Source: Halocafeteria seosinensis (taxonomy: Eukaryota). Taken from it: DNA of 64,000 nucleotides. The notes under the pieces were generated by a model, which saw nothing but the letters and a program-made list of their open reading frames with translations, had not been told where the DNA came from and made no database searches. The first letter of the stretch is position 1. Every line of letters starts with the position of its first letter. The DNA lies in NCBI GenBank assembly GCA_001687465.1, contig LVLI01000325.1, positions 62,001 through 126,000 of the forward strand, written 5' to 3'. A program made the position numbers and the translations under genes. Positions 10,307 to 23,381 of this stretch are shown in pieces.

Positions 10307-12659
10307 ATGGCTTCCTCCCCACCGAGGAAAGACACACAGGATAGTAGCTCCCTGCTAGAAGATACCGAGGCCTCTTTGGAGGAAGTCTCACATGACCATT
10401 CGAACACGCGTGAGGCGCAGCGCACCCTCTTAGATGAATCCCCACGAGGGTATAGCACTGAGCTGGACGTGCACTTTGCGGTTTGGGACAACGATATTGC
10501 GGCCCTTAGTGATCTCCTACGGCAGGATAACAATGTCTATGGTATGTGGAAGGGTATGTACACCAATTTTTCTATAAAATTATGTTTGTGTGGCTGTGTG
10601 CATGAATGCAGACCTGGAAACCAGGGACCCGCAGGGCTATACACCCTTATTGTTGGCCTATGCGCTGGGGCATACTACTGCCGCATACATGCTCATTTTA
10701 GCAGGCGCGTTTCCCAAGTCCAGAACCCTTGAAGGATGGGAATCGTTCCAACTGGCAGCATTGAGTGGGAACCCTGATTTGGTCCGGTTAGCTGTCATTG
10801 CTATGCTCAAAGACACGGATCTGGTATACCAGAAGCGTATTGACACTCTACTCAATGGTCTAAAGGGGCTCCCCGATATGAAACTGAGGATGACATGGGA
10901 ATTTTCGTCCTGGATACCGTTTGTTTCACGTTTGCTTCCCAAAGACACGTTGACAGTCTACAAGAAAGGCAGCCACTTGCGATTGGACTCAACGCTATTG
11001 CAAATGCAAGGTGTGACATGGCAGCGGGGACAGTACGTGAATCCAAAGAAGATTCCTATAGGATGCGAAGTCTGTTTGATTTGATCCCAACTGCAGCCTA
11101 TCTCACCTTATTCGAGGGGATCCCACACCCGAAATTCCCACTCCTCCGGAGAAACGCGGTGAATGCTATGTCATGGATCATGAAATGAAAACTGCAGCTG
11201 AAAGTAGAAGAAACCTCATTGATCCTGCTGGTGAGTCTATAAGGTCGCATGCCCTAGAGGAATTTGCTTCAAAGCGCCATTTGAATTAGCATACTGGTCG
11301 TCATGCAGATGTGAATGTACAGGACTGGGTACGCAAGCTGTTCTGTAACAAGCAGAAGATTTCGGATTGGTGGAGTGGGGAAGTGGAATTTGGACGAGCG
11401 TATGACAAGGGTTGGATCTACGGAAAGTACGCAGTTTGGATGGCTTCTAAATTCCGTTGAATATGAGTGCATCAGGTACTGAACGATTTATTGTATGCTT
11501 CCTTGCAGAAGCAAAGACCCTAAGGTCAAGGAGATTGGCAAGTGGAGAAACTGCGGAGTCTGGTGCATGAACAATCTAAAAGTTACCGAGAAAGCTCATT
11601 GTCCTTTGCGGAAAGAGCTGAAGGTAAAAGACTGGTGGCATCCTTGTTACAGCAACGAAAACTACAAGAACTCCGGTCACGATACACCTGAGGCTCCGGA
11701 AGAATCTATGAGCATTCTTACAGGAGCCCTTGATTCTCTGAAATTTAGCGGTGGTGGTGATGCTAATGATTCACCGAACGTGGACGAAGGAGGAACCGAA
11801 GATGCCATGACTTCAGTAGCTGCTCGTCGAACGCGAGAAGATCGTTCATTTATGGTACACTTTAAGGGGCGGACAAAGGGACAAGTTTTACGAGAAGGTA
11901 AGGGAATTCGAGCAAAAGCTAATACTAGTGGATACAAATAGTTTCGTAAGTAAATAAGTTTTTGCAACAAAACTCCCTTCTCCAGATCATGAAAATAACA
12001 ACTACGGTGTTCCTGGTTCAATTGTGGTGGACCGATGTAAGGACGTGGACTATGAAGCCACCAGCTCCTTGCTTCACACTATGGCGGAAAAGTATGGCGT
12101 TACGGATCCCATATATGCGTCCAACAGCGACTACTTGAAAGACCACTCTAGTAACAAAGCAATTCCTACAAGTGACGAAATCGACAAGCTCAAGAAGAAT
12201 TTGCGAGAACAGGAGCATCCCAGAAGACAAGCTGCGACGTTTTTAGACGAGAACATCACGGAGGAAGAAAAGAACCTGGATCTTGAAGTTTGTTTTAGCA
12301 AAACATTCCCTCTGCGTCCGGCGCAAATGATGCCCATCGCCGAGGCACTTTCTCGCACAAACAAGCATTTCCAGAATTTCGAGAGATTTTTTCACACCAA
12401 ACTCCCCAAGGATGCAGGTAGGTGTTGTAGTATCTTTGTGCGTTAGATGAAACTGCTTCATAAATGCCGAGTTGCTTGGTTTTCTTCGCATTGTACAGGG
12501 TTTCCCGTCCAATTCTCCATACCAGTCTTTCCTACTATCACGGCAAGAATTACTTTTGACGACTGCACGTTGAAAAGTCCTGATGCCAGCTACTTCTTTG
12601 TTCCGGAAGACTACGCGATGGGCGAATATGTAGAACGAAGCTTTATCCGCCAACTTTGA
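10307..12659 (+). CDS. Ankyrin repeat domain-containing protein 13-like (ankyrin repeats + GPCR-chaperone domain), multi-exon
   Basis: VHFAVWDND, DLETRDPQGYTPLLLAYALG, MTWEFSSWIPFVSRLLPKDT...KKGSHLRLDSTL, FPL..QMMPIAEAL....KHF..FERFF...LP, GFPVQFSIPVFPTITARITF, FFVPEDY; several GT..AG introns join the ORF pieces. Confidence 0.88.
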
Positions 12660-12684
12660 TGTCGCAATAATAACAAGATTAATC

Positions 12685-13873
12685 CTACTGATTATCTTCC
12701 TTAGATAGTCCTCGGGGTTCAAAGAGTCCCCATATTTCCATGTCTACACACTTGAAATCTTTGGAGGTAGCCAGACAAGGATTCGCGAAAGTCTGAGACG
12801 TACCACTAGTTCCGTGCAACAAGTCTTGGTCCAAGTACCAAGCGAAACCTCCACCACCTCCCATGGCGATTGCTGTCCCAGGAGAAAACTGGAAATAGGA
12901 GTGGCCACCACTCCATTTGTACACGTTTATTCCACTACCTAATTCTTCCGCCGGTGCCGATACTGTTCGCGAAATGGTATTCAATTCGTCGTCTTCCTCA
13001 TCTGCGTGGCCGCCAAGCGTTCAGATAGAAACTCAAAAACCGCCAAACGGTAGGAGGGAACAGTAGCTAAAAAAAACCGCACCTTTTTGGCTATCTTCCG
13101 CCGAGCCTTCGGCGCTTGTTCCTTCGGACCCATCTTTCGAGGAAGCAACGAGCTCAGCCGGTGTTCGGTTCAGCGAGGACCCGAGTGTGAATACAAAAGA
13201 CTGGAAGCCACCATAATAGTTGCGCGCAGCGTGCCAGGGTGCGGTGCTGAAGCCTCCGAAAACTTTGCCTCTGGTATCTTTGATGAAAACTAGACTCGGT
13301 GCGGTTTTTTTGCATTTGCGCAACAATATATCAACACTAGCACCATCCTGCGTTAACGAGAACACCCTCCGCGGTTTCCACTTTCTGCGAGAAAAATGAG
13401 ATACATATTGGACTGAATGATCGTCTGAACCTCTAGCACACTTACTTGTATTGCCGAGGTACTTTATTCATGACCATCGCGAGCTGAAGAGTGTTCAGGA
13501 AGTTGCTCTGCTGGACAGCTTTGCGTAGTTCTTCAACAATGTCTTTATCTACTTTACTGACTTTACTGGGCGAAGAAGCAGCCATTACTCCTGAATCGCT
13601 TTCTTGGAATGAAGCCGATTGAGCTCGTGTCTGCCCTGCAGCCTGCGGTTTGGGGTCTGCTTGGGTAGCCTTGCTGGGGGATCCTTGCAGGGGTCGTCGC
13701 CCCCGTGCTCCCATTGCTTCGGATACACTGCGCAGAGGGAAGGAATCCTCTGGCCCTTCATCATGACCAAATCTATTCTTCGATCGGGAGAGAAACCGTC
13801 GTATGGAACTACCACCACTGGCGGTGCTGCTTTGGTCCTCTCCACGTCCCTCGGACGATGGTTGATTCCCCAT
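12685..13873 (-). CDS. TLDc (OXR1-family) domain protein, probably N-myristoylated; about 3 exons
   Basis: FSLTQDGASV..LL, IKDTRGKVFGGF, YYGGFQSFVF, YKWSG...YFQ, IAMGGGGGFAWYLDQDLLHGTS..SQTFANPCL, MEIWG; N-terminus MGNQPSS fits a myristoylation pattern. Confidence 0.9.
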
Positions 13874-14314
13874 GGTCCTGTTGTGTAGTGTATGTATCGC
13901 GGTAGTTGTCTACCTATGTCTGCGATGGCTTGTTTCGTCTGGACATGCACATACAGGTGCTGTGGGTGGCGCACAATCCATTGAGTTGATTTGTTTAACA
14001 AACCCCCACAGGATCACTTCACTATAGTACATCACCTAAGCTTGTGTGGATGTAATAAAGTTCGGCTGCGCAACCTGCGCTTCAACTTCCGTTCAAGTTG
14101 AAGTAGGCGCGCTTTTTTGCTCGTCTCTCTCTCTCTCTCTCTCTGTCGGAGGGTGGAATTACTGAATTGATTGAAACTGAATTCGTTAACGCAGGTGAAT
14201 GTTGTTGCTGTTAGTATTATTGTTGCTACGAGTTGCGTCATTGATGTGCTACGACGACCAATATACAAGGTTGTGAAGTTGAGCGCAGTCAGTTCTCGCG
14301 CCCTGTCAGGAGAA

Positions 14315-16283
14315 ATGGCGGATGCAGTCGGTCTTCCGGAAGAATATGAGCTTGGGAAGTGTCACGCTGTCGTACTGGTAGCCTTCAGAAAAGAGGAAGA
14401 GAATGGCGAGCCGGGAAGCGATGGAATGCGCCCGGGATCCTCCAGCACTCGGCAGACGAAGTCGCATGAACAAGGAGGACGACCAGGAACCACAGGAAGC
14501 GCAAGCAGTCTAGGTCATTTGAGCGAAGGTACACAAGGAATGACCCTGGTAGCGGCAACGGGGAAAAGGAAGACGCAATTGGAGACTGCCATACGGGAAA
14601 CGATTCGGTCTGGAGCCTTAGCCCAACCGACAAACGGAGACGAAGCAAGCAAAGGCCAGAAGAAGAAAGGAGCAGGAGGTGGAAAGAAAGATAGTTCTGG
14701 GGAAGGCGATGGTGGTAGCTCTTCTAGCAAGAGACTCAAGCAGGTGCCCAGTATAGAACGGCTTATAAATCTTACCTGGGCTTCCCGGGAAACCAAACTA
14801 CGGCTGCTCCAGTATGTGGATCCGGACGCCAGCGCACAAGACCAATCCAAGGGAGAAGGAAGGCGTCCTTCGACAGGTTCAGGTTCGAAGAAAGGTAAAA
14901 GCAACAACAAAAAAGGGGCCGCAGAAATGGCAGCAGAAAGTGCGGAAGAGCAAGATTCTTGGAAGTCAGTACTATCAGAATGGGATGTACACGCTGCCGT
15001 GCTTTATCCCGGGGAGAAAGACCAAAAGCTAATATCAGACGATGCCTTTCCGCTGTTCCGAATGTTGACTGATAAGCTAACTGAGAAATACAACTCCTCT
15101 ATGTGTCTGTTTTGCTTGTCCACGAATGAGCAGTTGAGCGATTTCATGGAACAGTTATATGAAATAGAGGCAGGTATGTCATTACTCGGTGTAGTTGACC
15201 ACGTGATTTGCGGGGATATCATTCAGTCGGGCGGTGCAGAAGCTCTTTTACACGCTAGATCGAATCGCCCAGGGAAGCAGAAGAAGGAGCGAGCTACCAT
15301 TGACGTTCATCAACTAATTGACGTAAGCCGTGCATTGTATCGATAATGTCTCCTTGGTCGTAGTACGCTTGTGTTTCTGTTAACAATGATGCAGTTTCTG
15401 TTTCCTGCCCATCTCCAAAAGCCTCGGTCAACTGGACGACTCTTCCTCCTGGCAAAATACGGTCCCTTAAACGAGAACGGAATGCTCTCTGGGGGCTATC
15501 ACAAGCAAAGGGAGCTTACCGATTCAGAACTAACAGTGCTTATCAAAGATATCGAAGAGGAGGACGTTCTGCGTGTCGCACTGGTATGTTACTATGTGCA
15601 AGTTTAAACGGCACAGCTGCGGGATAGTATGTATTTATTTCATGGTACAGGGGAATAACACGTACTCGGCTGTGTCGAAGAAAGAAACTCTGGTCGAGTT
15701 AAGAGCGCATCAGTCATCTCTACCAGAACTATCCCAGGATACTATCAAGGCAATGTGCAGAAAAGTTCGATCCAGTGATGGAAATGTTTACTTTGACGAA
15801 TTACAAGAAGAAATTAATCGGCAACGGCAGTTACGCATCAAGGAACTGCGTGATCAAGTATCCAAGGGAAGTTCGGCCAAAAACCAGACGATGATCCAGG
15901 AACCTCCTCCGCTTCTTGGTCGAGGAGCCCTGGACACCAACACTAAACAACAAATGACTTCCAGTGACTGTTTTCATGTGGACACAAAGTTAAGCAATCC
16001 TGCCAGGTATCGGGTTACAAGTGGTCTCTCTCACAAAAATAGCCATAAAATCGCTCCTATTGAAGGGCAGAACTCGGCAGAGGTGTCCATCAACAGTCGA
16101 TTACTCTGCCGAGAATCGACAGTACAAAGGGTAAGCACTCTACGTGTCAATGGTCGCACTAAGTTCGGCAATTTTACGTTTGCCCTGGTATATCCACAGA
16201 AGCCGGTGTGGAACGATGCAGCAATCCTTGAACAATCTGGCGTCGCTTCTTACATTCCGAACGGAAGATACAGCGGAAAATAG
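14315..16283 (+). CDS. Hypothetical protein, about 4 exons; possible degenerate EF-hand near the C-terminus
   Basis: Consecutive long + ORFs joined by plausible introns (about 15323-15393, 15584-15650, 16131-16199); G/S/K-rich low-complexity segments; SSDGNVYFDEL followed by a coiled-coil-like stretch. Confidence 0.65.
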
Positions 16284-16318
16284 TAGATGTAGTGTGTACT
16301 ACCTTCCACCACCCCGGA

Positions 16319-18836
16319 TTAGCCTAGAGCTCGTTGAGCCATATCTTGTGAAGTTGTCCTTATATCAAACGACTGTAGCGAACTATCTGTGTCTTCTATT
16401 TGGGAACGCTCCACACCTTTCGTAGGATTGACTGGTTCTCCCTGATACTTGGTTTTGCTTTCTATCAGCCACTCAGAGTGCTGATTCGGTTCTGTAATCG
16501 AAATTAACAAGCATCAAGAAACCGCGCTTTAATAATGCCACACAGCGTATCAGTTTACCTTGGAAAGACCAATGAGGACGAGGAATGGTGCTATCGTCTT
16601 TGTTGAAATCAAAGATTTTGTCCCATTGATTGATTTTAGGGTCGAGACCTGCGTTTTTGAATAACTGTGTTCGCAAAACCGTAATTTTCCGTTGCTTATA
16701 CACCTCTACGAGTTGATCAGTTCAACGTACCACATCTAGTCCGCTCATTCGCCCGTTAAATGGACCAAAATTCATCCCATGACTGGTTTCAATAATTGGT
16801 GCAGTCTTTGAATATAGGTTAATCGTACACTGTGAACAATCCCTTGTCCGCAATTGTTTGCTGCAACCAAATCTAGTTCAAATAGAGGCATTCCCGCTAA
16901 ACTTGCTAGAATCCACTACGTACCAAGCCACAGTGATGACACAGTTTCTGCATGATCGAAGGAATACGCTGTCACTCGAAGATGCAATGAAAATGAGCGA
17001 GTTAGATGCCTTCTCTACATGCACAGTCTCCGAGTAGTCCAGCAAATATATTCGACTGTTGCTAATGTTCGTGATATTAAACGGTTGTCCCTCCACGTCA
17101 CCTGGGAATTTTGAACACGTCTCCCTCTCCTTATCAGAAAAAGTGTAGAATGTCTGAAAAACATATCTTCTATATTCTGAGCGATCCGTAAAAGTGGTAC
17201 CATCGGGAGCGGTGAAAATTTCTTGCGAACTGGCAGCGGCAACAGTGGAAGCCGATTTCTTTTTATTGATTCTGTCCCAAAACGAAGAGCCTTGTTTCTG
17301 CTGTGTATTTTCGCTGCTACCTGAGGCAGCAGGAGCTTCCGCTACATCCTGGCTTTGACTCTTCTTCTGCTGTAGGCGCTCCCAAAAGCTCAAACCTTTG
17401 GTGGACTCGTTTACTCCAGCAGCTGTAGAGTTAACGCCCCGTTCGGACTTTGCAACGGCATTTTTGCCCGAAACTTCTGGCGGCTTCACAGCGGTCGAAG
17501 TAGCATCCTCCTTCTTTGCCTGTATGCGGTCCCAGAAAGAGGAACGGGATGAAGGATACGGATCTGTCTTTCCAGTGTCACCCACTGGTGCTGTTGTTGT
17601 TGTTTCTGCCGCGGCTTTTTGAGTTACGACGGGTGACGGTACCTCCGACACAGGGAGAGACGTTGTCACGGCACGTAGCAAATCCCCTTCCACTGATTGT
17701 GTGGAGTGCATAGTTGGCTCGCTTTGCATCTCTCCTGCAGCAACGGTATTCATGCTGTTACTCTCACTAGGGGTACTCTCATGCGAAGCTGGTGTTTCAA
17801 TGGTTTTCAGCCGAGGACCAATTGCAGAATTCGTAGAAACGGAAGTTGTCTCATCAGGAATACTCGGTTCCATAAGAGAATTTGATATTGGGGTAGGCCA
17901 AGATCGAATTCGCTCGCTTTGCATCTTTCCCGCAACTCCGGTGTTCATGCTGTTACTCTCGTTAGGAATACTCTCATGCGACGTTGGTGTTTCAACAGTC
18001 TTTAGCCGAGGACCCGTAGCAGAAGACGTAGAAATTGAAGTTGTCGCGTCAGGAATACTCGGTTCCATAAGAGATTTTGATATTGGGGTAGACCAAGGTA
18101 GAATAGCATCTGGGCTTTTCGGCTGATCTTCGCTTGTCGGTGCTGCTGCCATCTGCTGACTTGTTGCAGGAACGGGCTCTGTCGCAGTACTCGTAGCAAC
18201 CGCGCCCCGGTCCGCTGTAGTATCAGAAGGAAGTCCCGCTCCATGCTTTTCTGGGGCATTTCCTGAGATGTCTTCTTCCCTAACGCCACTCGTCATCGTG
18301 GTTTCATCAGCCGGCGTTTCAGCTGCATGGAAGACCGACGGCGGATTCACATTCTCGTAGAAGGGAATAGTGCTGGTTCCCGAGACAGTTTGTTTGGGAG
18401 GCGGACGGGCCGGCGCCATTGCTTGCGTGCTGTCAGCCGTTGGAGGAACTTCTACGCCAGCGCTCTTTAACGAGTAAGCCACTAGTAATTCCAAAATTGG
18501 TAGATCTTCCCGAGTCCGCCCTGCATAGACCAAACGACAGTACTCTCTCCTTTATAGTTGAAGCTAATCCAGAGGCCATTGAAGCACACACGACCTATCC
18601 ATACCTTTATTCAGAAACATGCTCTCCAATTTACGCAAGCGCAGAGCTTGGAGAGCTCGATAACGCTTGTCTCCTCCCTCCTCCAAGCACGTGGAAGGAG
18701 ACATTGGAGCGTCTACGGCCCCAGCTCCCCTACGAGCCTGGATCTGAGAGATCGTGTCATGGAACCCTTTCTTCTGGAGGTAATCGTAGACGATGTACCA
18801 CGTCAAAAGAGCCTGATTCTCCTCCTCAGCACTCAT
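16319..18836 (-). CDS. RP2/XRP2-like tubulin-binding cofactor C domain protein with N-terminal LisH-like motif; about 5 exons
   Basis: Exon 1 LLTWYIVYDYLQKKGFHDT (LisH-like); long S/T/P-rich linker; TBCC beta-helix (KFPGDVEGQPFNI..IYLLDYSETVHVEKASNSLIFI...SVFLRSCRNCVITVAC, KQLRTRDC..C.INLYSKTAPIIETS, AGLDPKINQWDKIFDFN). Confidence 0.82.
17717..18097. repeat. Coding tandem duplication, two copies with 195-bp (65 aa) period
   Basis: gctcgctttgcatc begins at 17717 and 17912; protein copies W.TPIS.SLMEPSIPD.TTS.ST.SA.GPRLKT.ETP.SHES.P.ESNSMNT..AG.MQSE. Confidence 0.92.
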
Positions 18837-20760
18837 GGCGCGCCACAACTCGTCCTCCTCGTAAACGGATGGTATTCATCAACACCAGCGCACAGGCCTT
18901 TCTCCTTTACCCTCGTCTGACATACTGTACTGCTACACACAATACCTTGGTTTCGCCATTTCCTGGTGCATATATGCAGGGAAGAACCAAACGCACAAGT
19001 TGAAGTTGGACTTTCACTGGTGTTGGAAGTCAACTTGGAACTTCGAAGCCAAGAGTGGTACATCTACTACACTGGTACATCGTGGTACTGTTAGAAGTGG
19101 ATTGAAAATTGTAATTGGAAACATAGGAATTCAATTCCTGTAAAGCATTCACTGAAAGACACGCAATACCTTGCGAATCTTGAAATGTTTATGTTATGTA
19201 CGCACTACCGTAGAATGGAACTCAACGTTGTCCCAATGAGTCAACAAGCATGTGCCATGGTGATCTGGCGAAGCGACTTCGGCGATTGGCCATACCGTAT
19301 ACGTTAGACATGCCTGGGGAGCTCTTCGAAAATGTCAATGTAATCTGTAGGTCCTGCTCCGTCTCTGGGGCACATGCGCTTGTAACTTTGGCATAGAACA
19401 GCACAACACTCACCATTCCAGGGGTGCCTTCATGCACGGGGCACGTTCAACTTTGGCATAGATGTTCATGATAGAACAGAACCGGTTTTATTCTCGTTAC
19501 TCAAAACCCGTCTGTAGTCAGGGGATGCACCCCCGGTTCTATTTCCGGTTCTAACGGGAAATAGGCCTTTTAGACCAACCGGAACGAGGTTGGAGCCATC
19601 ACCCCTATTCCAGGTACATATATGTATTTCACTGAAAATAAACGACGGATGAATGGTTGTAACCGTTCAGCGCTGACCACGATGCGTCTTCGTCTGTCAA
19701 GAGCTAAGTTCTGTTGCATCGCGCTTGTCGTGACCGCGGAAGCGGAACCGTCGAGTTGGGCCATTAAGACTGGATTCCTGATTTTGACATGGTATGTTGC
19801 TTTATTTACGTCGTAGTTCTTGGACCTTCGCTCCAAAATTTCTGGATTCTGATTCTAATACATAGGTATTTTGCCATCTCGTTCAAATACCGGGCGTGGT
19901 TTTTCCCCAATGGCGAAAGTGAGTTTTATTAGATTGTGCACGTGGGTCTGCTAGTACTGTATAGTACAGTCCGAACAACGCTCAAGGATCTTGTCGAGCG
20001 TGCCTTCCGGTCAACTCAACCACTTGAACATGACGGGACGCGTTGTTGGAAGGGCGTACTTGTGCTTAATTTGGCGATCTCACTCGATGTTCCTGATGTC
20101 CCACTGGGTACGAAAGCTCTTTACTGGATTGTCGTAGCCAGCGTTGCACGTATCTATAACGTAAAGAGTTGGCACTTACGGAAGACGAACCTACAGTAAA
20201 GGATATTATTATGGAGCATGGCAACCGTTTGGCCGTAAACAGATGAGACACTACGCGTCGCCCTCCTACAGTGCTTGAAGGGCGCATTCACATCATCCGA
20301 TTCCTTCTGTATCAGGCAGGGTCTCGGTGTGACTATGAACAACTCCACACCATCTTCTGGTCATCATTGTCTTCTCTCAAGGATCCAATGACCAGAAACA
20401 CCATCAGCATCTTCACCCAGTGCGCCGTCCTGGATATACAAATTGTTCCGAATAACATCCAAAGAAATCTTAAATGTCTCTGCTTCCATAGCATCATCGT
20501 TCACGAGCTAAATCATTTGATACAAACATTGTAAAAGCACTGCGAACATGATGGAACATCGCCTACCGATGAGGTCAAATTTCACCGTGGACATCTCCTC
20601 GTGTTCTTGTAGAATGCGGCAGGCTTTCACTCCTTGGAGTTTGGAAGCAAATCGCATGATCCATGCGCTATAGGAGTCCAGTATAAAGTTCGAATGAGTG
20701 GTTTTATGGAGGAAGCTTCGATGACCGCCTGCAATATCCTCTCACAAACTCAGGGGCCCT

Positions 20761-23381
20761 TCACTCCTTCCTACCGTCTTTGGATTCTATATCGGGAGAG
20801 CCCAGCTGCGACAGTACTTCCAACAGTTTCACGTGATCCTGTCCACAAAACCTCATATGCAGGTTACTCTCGATGACTGATAATGTTTCCTCCAAGGCTT
20901 CATCGAAGACCGCTGAGATTTCCAAAAGGAAACCAGATAAATGTCCATACATTTGTTCGTGACAATTTTCGCTGGTTTGTGTGCTGCCGCGTAAGAGTTT
21001 TATAACATTTTCATCGCTAAGTTCCACTAGAGTTGCCTGCCTGTTTGTATTCACTTGAACGGCAGGATTGCGGTGGCGCGAGTTCCCAGACATACTCAAA
21101 TCGATAAGATTGCCGAATAATGCATTGATGTTGTGTGCAACAACAATGCGAGTTCTTTCCGAAACGTTTACTTGGAGTACACTTTCATCTTCTATAAAGA
21201 GTTTAAAAATTCGCTTCGCTAACTGTGCTAATTTCACCATCGTATGGTCACTGAGCCGAGGATATGCACCATGCGTATGAAACCCCATCTCGTCGGCGGC
21301 ATTGAGACTACGCTCAACTAAGATTTTAGCAACATGTGATACCATGTTGCATCCGGATACAAATTGTTTCCGTGTATGGTCAAGCTGTCGTCGCGACAAC
21401 CCGTGGAATGCATTATCCACAGCGAAGTTGTCTAGTCGCTTAGAATATCGAACATTCAGCACAACGAGCAGCGAAAGCATTTCGGCCTTGAATTCACGGG
21501 CTGCCACAAAAAAATCAAGCAACTCAGGACACAAAGATCGCGATGCGTGAATTCTCATAAAATGTAAAGCAGGGGCATTTAGGAGAGCCCGCTGAAGTGG
21601 CCATGCCTTCGACACCGCGTTGGCAGAGAGACTTTGCAGCCGGAGCTTTAGACTTCCCGTAATTTCTGTTGACTCGTGGGCGTTTAGGAGTGCACATATC
21701 TCTTCAAGCTTACTTTCTTTTTCAAAATTATTGCTGTGTACCCACGTGTGAGCAACTGATTTTGCAGTTGTCAGGAGACACTTTAGAGCACCTTCGAAAT
21801 CATTGCTCCAATTCCACCCGATCCTATCCACTCCTAGAAAACAAAGAATGTCTGGAGGTCGCTTCTTCTCTGGGGGTAGACAAAAGTTGGCACTACCGAT
21901 ATTCAGTGTCACACTGTTGTATTCCACCTCTGTACATTCAATACACGATCCATAGTTATCAATGTGCTTAGTTCCATCGATATATGTAAATCCATTTGCA
22001 TCGACAGCCGAGTCATCCAGAAATTTTGGAGAGGTCCCTTTGAAAAACTGTTTGACGACGTTTTGCGGGATCTGATCAAAATTATCAATAGAAGTCAGGT
22101 AATGAAGTTCGGCGTGATGGTGACAGCTCGACAATTCCCAATCAGGAAGCACGCTACTCTTGCTCTGAAAGAGCAAAGAGGCAATCCACCGACGCATACT
22201 CGCTTCGGAGGAAGAGCTGGATGAATTGAAATGGACAAGGATATTCTTCCGCTTAACAGCTTTGACAAGACTTTGGTGAAAGGTCAAGCAAAAATTTATC
22301 AAGATGATGTAATGAATGGGGGCATTTTCCCATTGCCATTGTTTGAGTCCGTCAACTGATTCCGAAAAGATCAAATAGATAAAATAGCCAGCTGGAAGGA
22401 ATGTAAGGAGGAACTGGAATTCGTAAGACCCACTAGTAACACCACCAGAAACGGAACTTACTGCCAAATATGCTCCAAACAATAACGCATGACACCAACT
22501 CCCTTTTGATTTGAAAATAGTCTGAGACTCGATACCTATGCATTTCATACAAAAGCACGGTCGATACGCTGCAGCCACAGCTTGAAGAAGGCTTTGTTTG
22601 GTACGAGAACAATGCTAAGCTTTCACCACTTACCTGCAGTAGAAAGCCACCATTGGAAGAAAATACTTCGGAGGTTCATAGATAAAGCAAACAGTGCTCT
22701 GTAGATCCCAACACTCAATGATATAATCTACCTTGACTTGTCGAAAGAAACAACGAATGACATGGGAACGCACGTTCAAACCTCCTTGAGGCTCATCTGT
22801 GAAAAAGACGGCACCTACAAACGATAAAACAAAATTAGCAACAATGATTATTGCAAGCGTCCTGTATGAGCATATAAATTACTATGTAACACTATCGGTA
22901 CAAGTAAGATATACATGTACAGTATGAGTTTCGCTTCTCCGGCTTACCTGTCCTTAACGAGCACGCTCAGTTTCAAGCGCAAGGATGTGCTATACAGGAG
23001 GAGTACTCGCAGCCCGTTCAATACGTAAGGACTTGCATACAGTGAGGGGGTAGCGTGAGATAGGACAAACAAAGCTCGGCAAGTGTGGAGTAGCGCTGCA
23101 TCCTCTGATACCTCGTCGATAGACAGTCGCCGGACTTCGTAAGTCAGAATCAAGACGATGAAGGTCACCGACATCATGATTGGCAAAATTGTAAACCATG
23201 ATGACGCGCGCCTGAGTATACGGTTATCTACAGCTTCTGTTCCCATAGTCCCCAAAAATACCGCTGCTGCGCCCAGTAAATAGATGCCAATGATGATTCC
23301 AAAGACAAAGAGCAGCACGAGATTCGCGTCGGTCCGGCGGCTCAGCGAGCTGTACAGCTCTTGTTGGTCCGTCGCAGACAT
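20761..23381 (-). CDS. Seven-TM + RGS (regulator of G-protein signalling) domain protein, at least 3 exons
   Basis: Phase-compatible introns at about 22862-22948 and 22593-22633 join about 7 hydrophobic segments to a C-terminal split RGS domain: LLNAPALHFMRIHASRSLCPELLDFFVAAREFK ... AKRIFKLFIEDESVLQVNVSERTR ... VFDEALEETLSVIESNLHMRF. Confidence 0.75.

Noticed and set aside
20154..20620. Stop-interrupted minus-strand frame with faint likeness to the RGS C-terminus
   Set aside because: Similarity too weak to call a pseudogene by eye.
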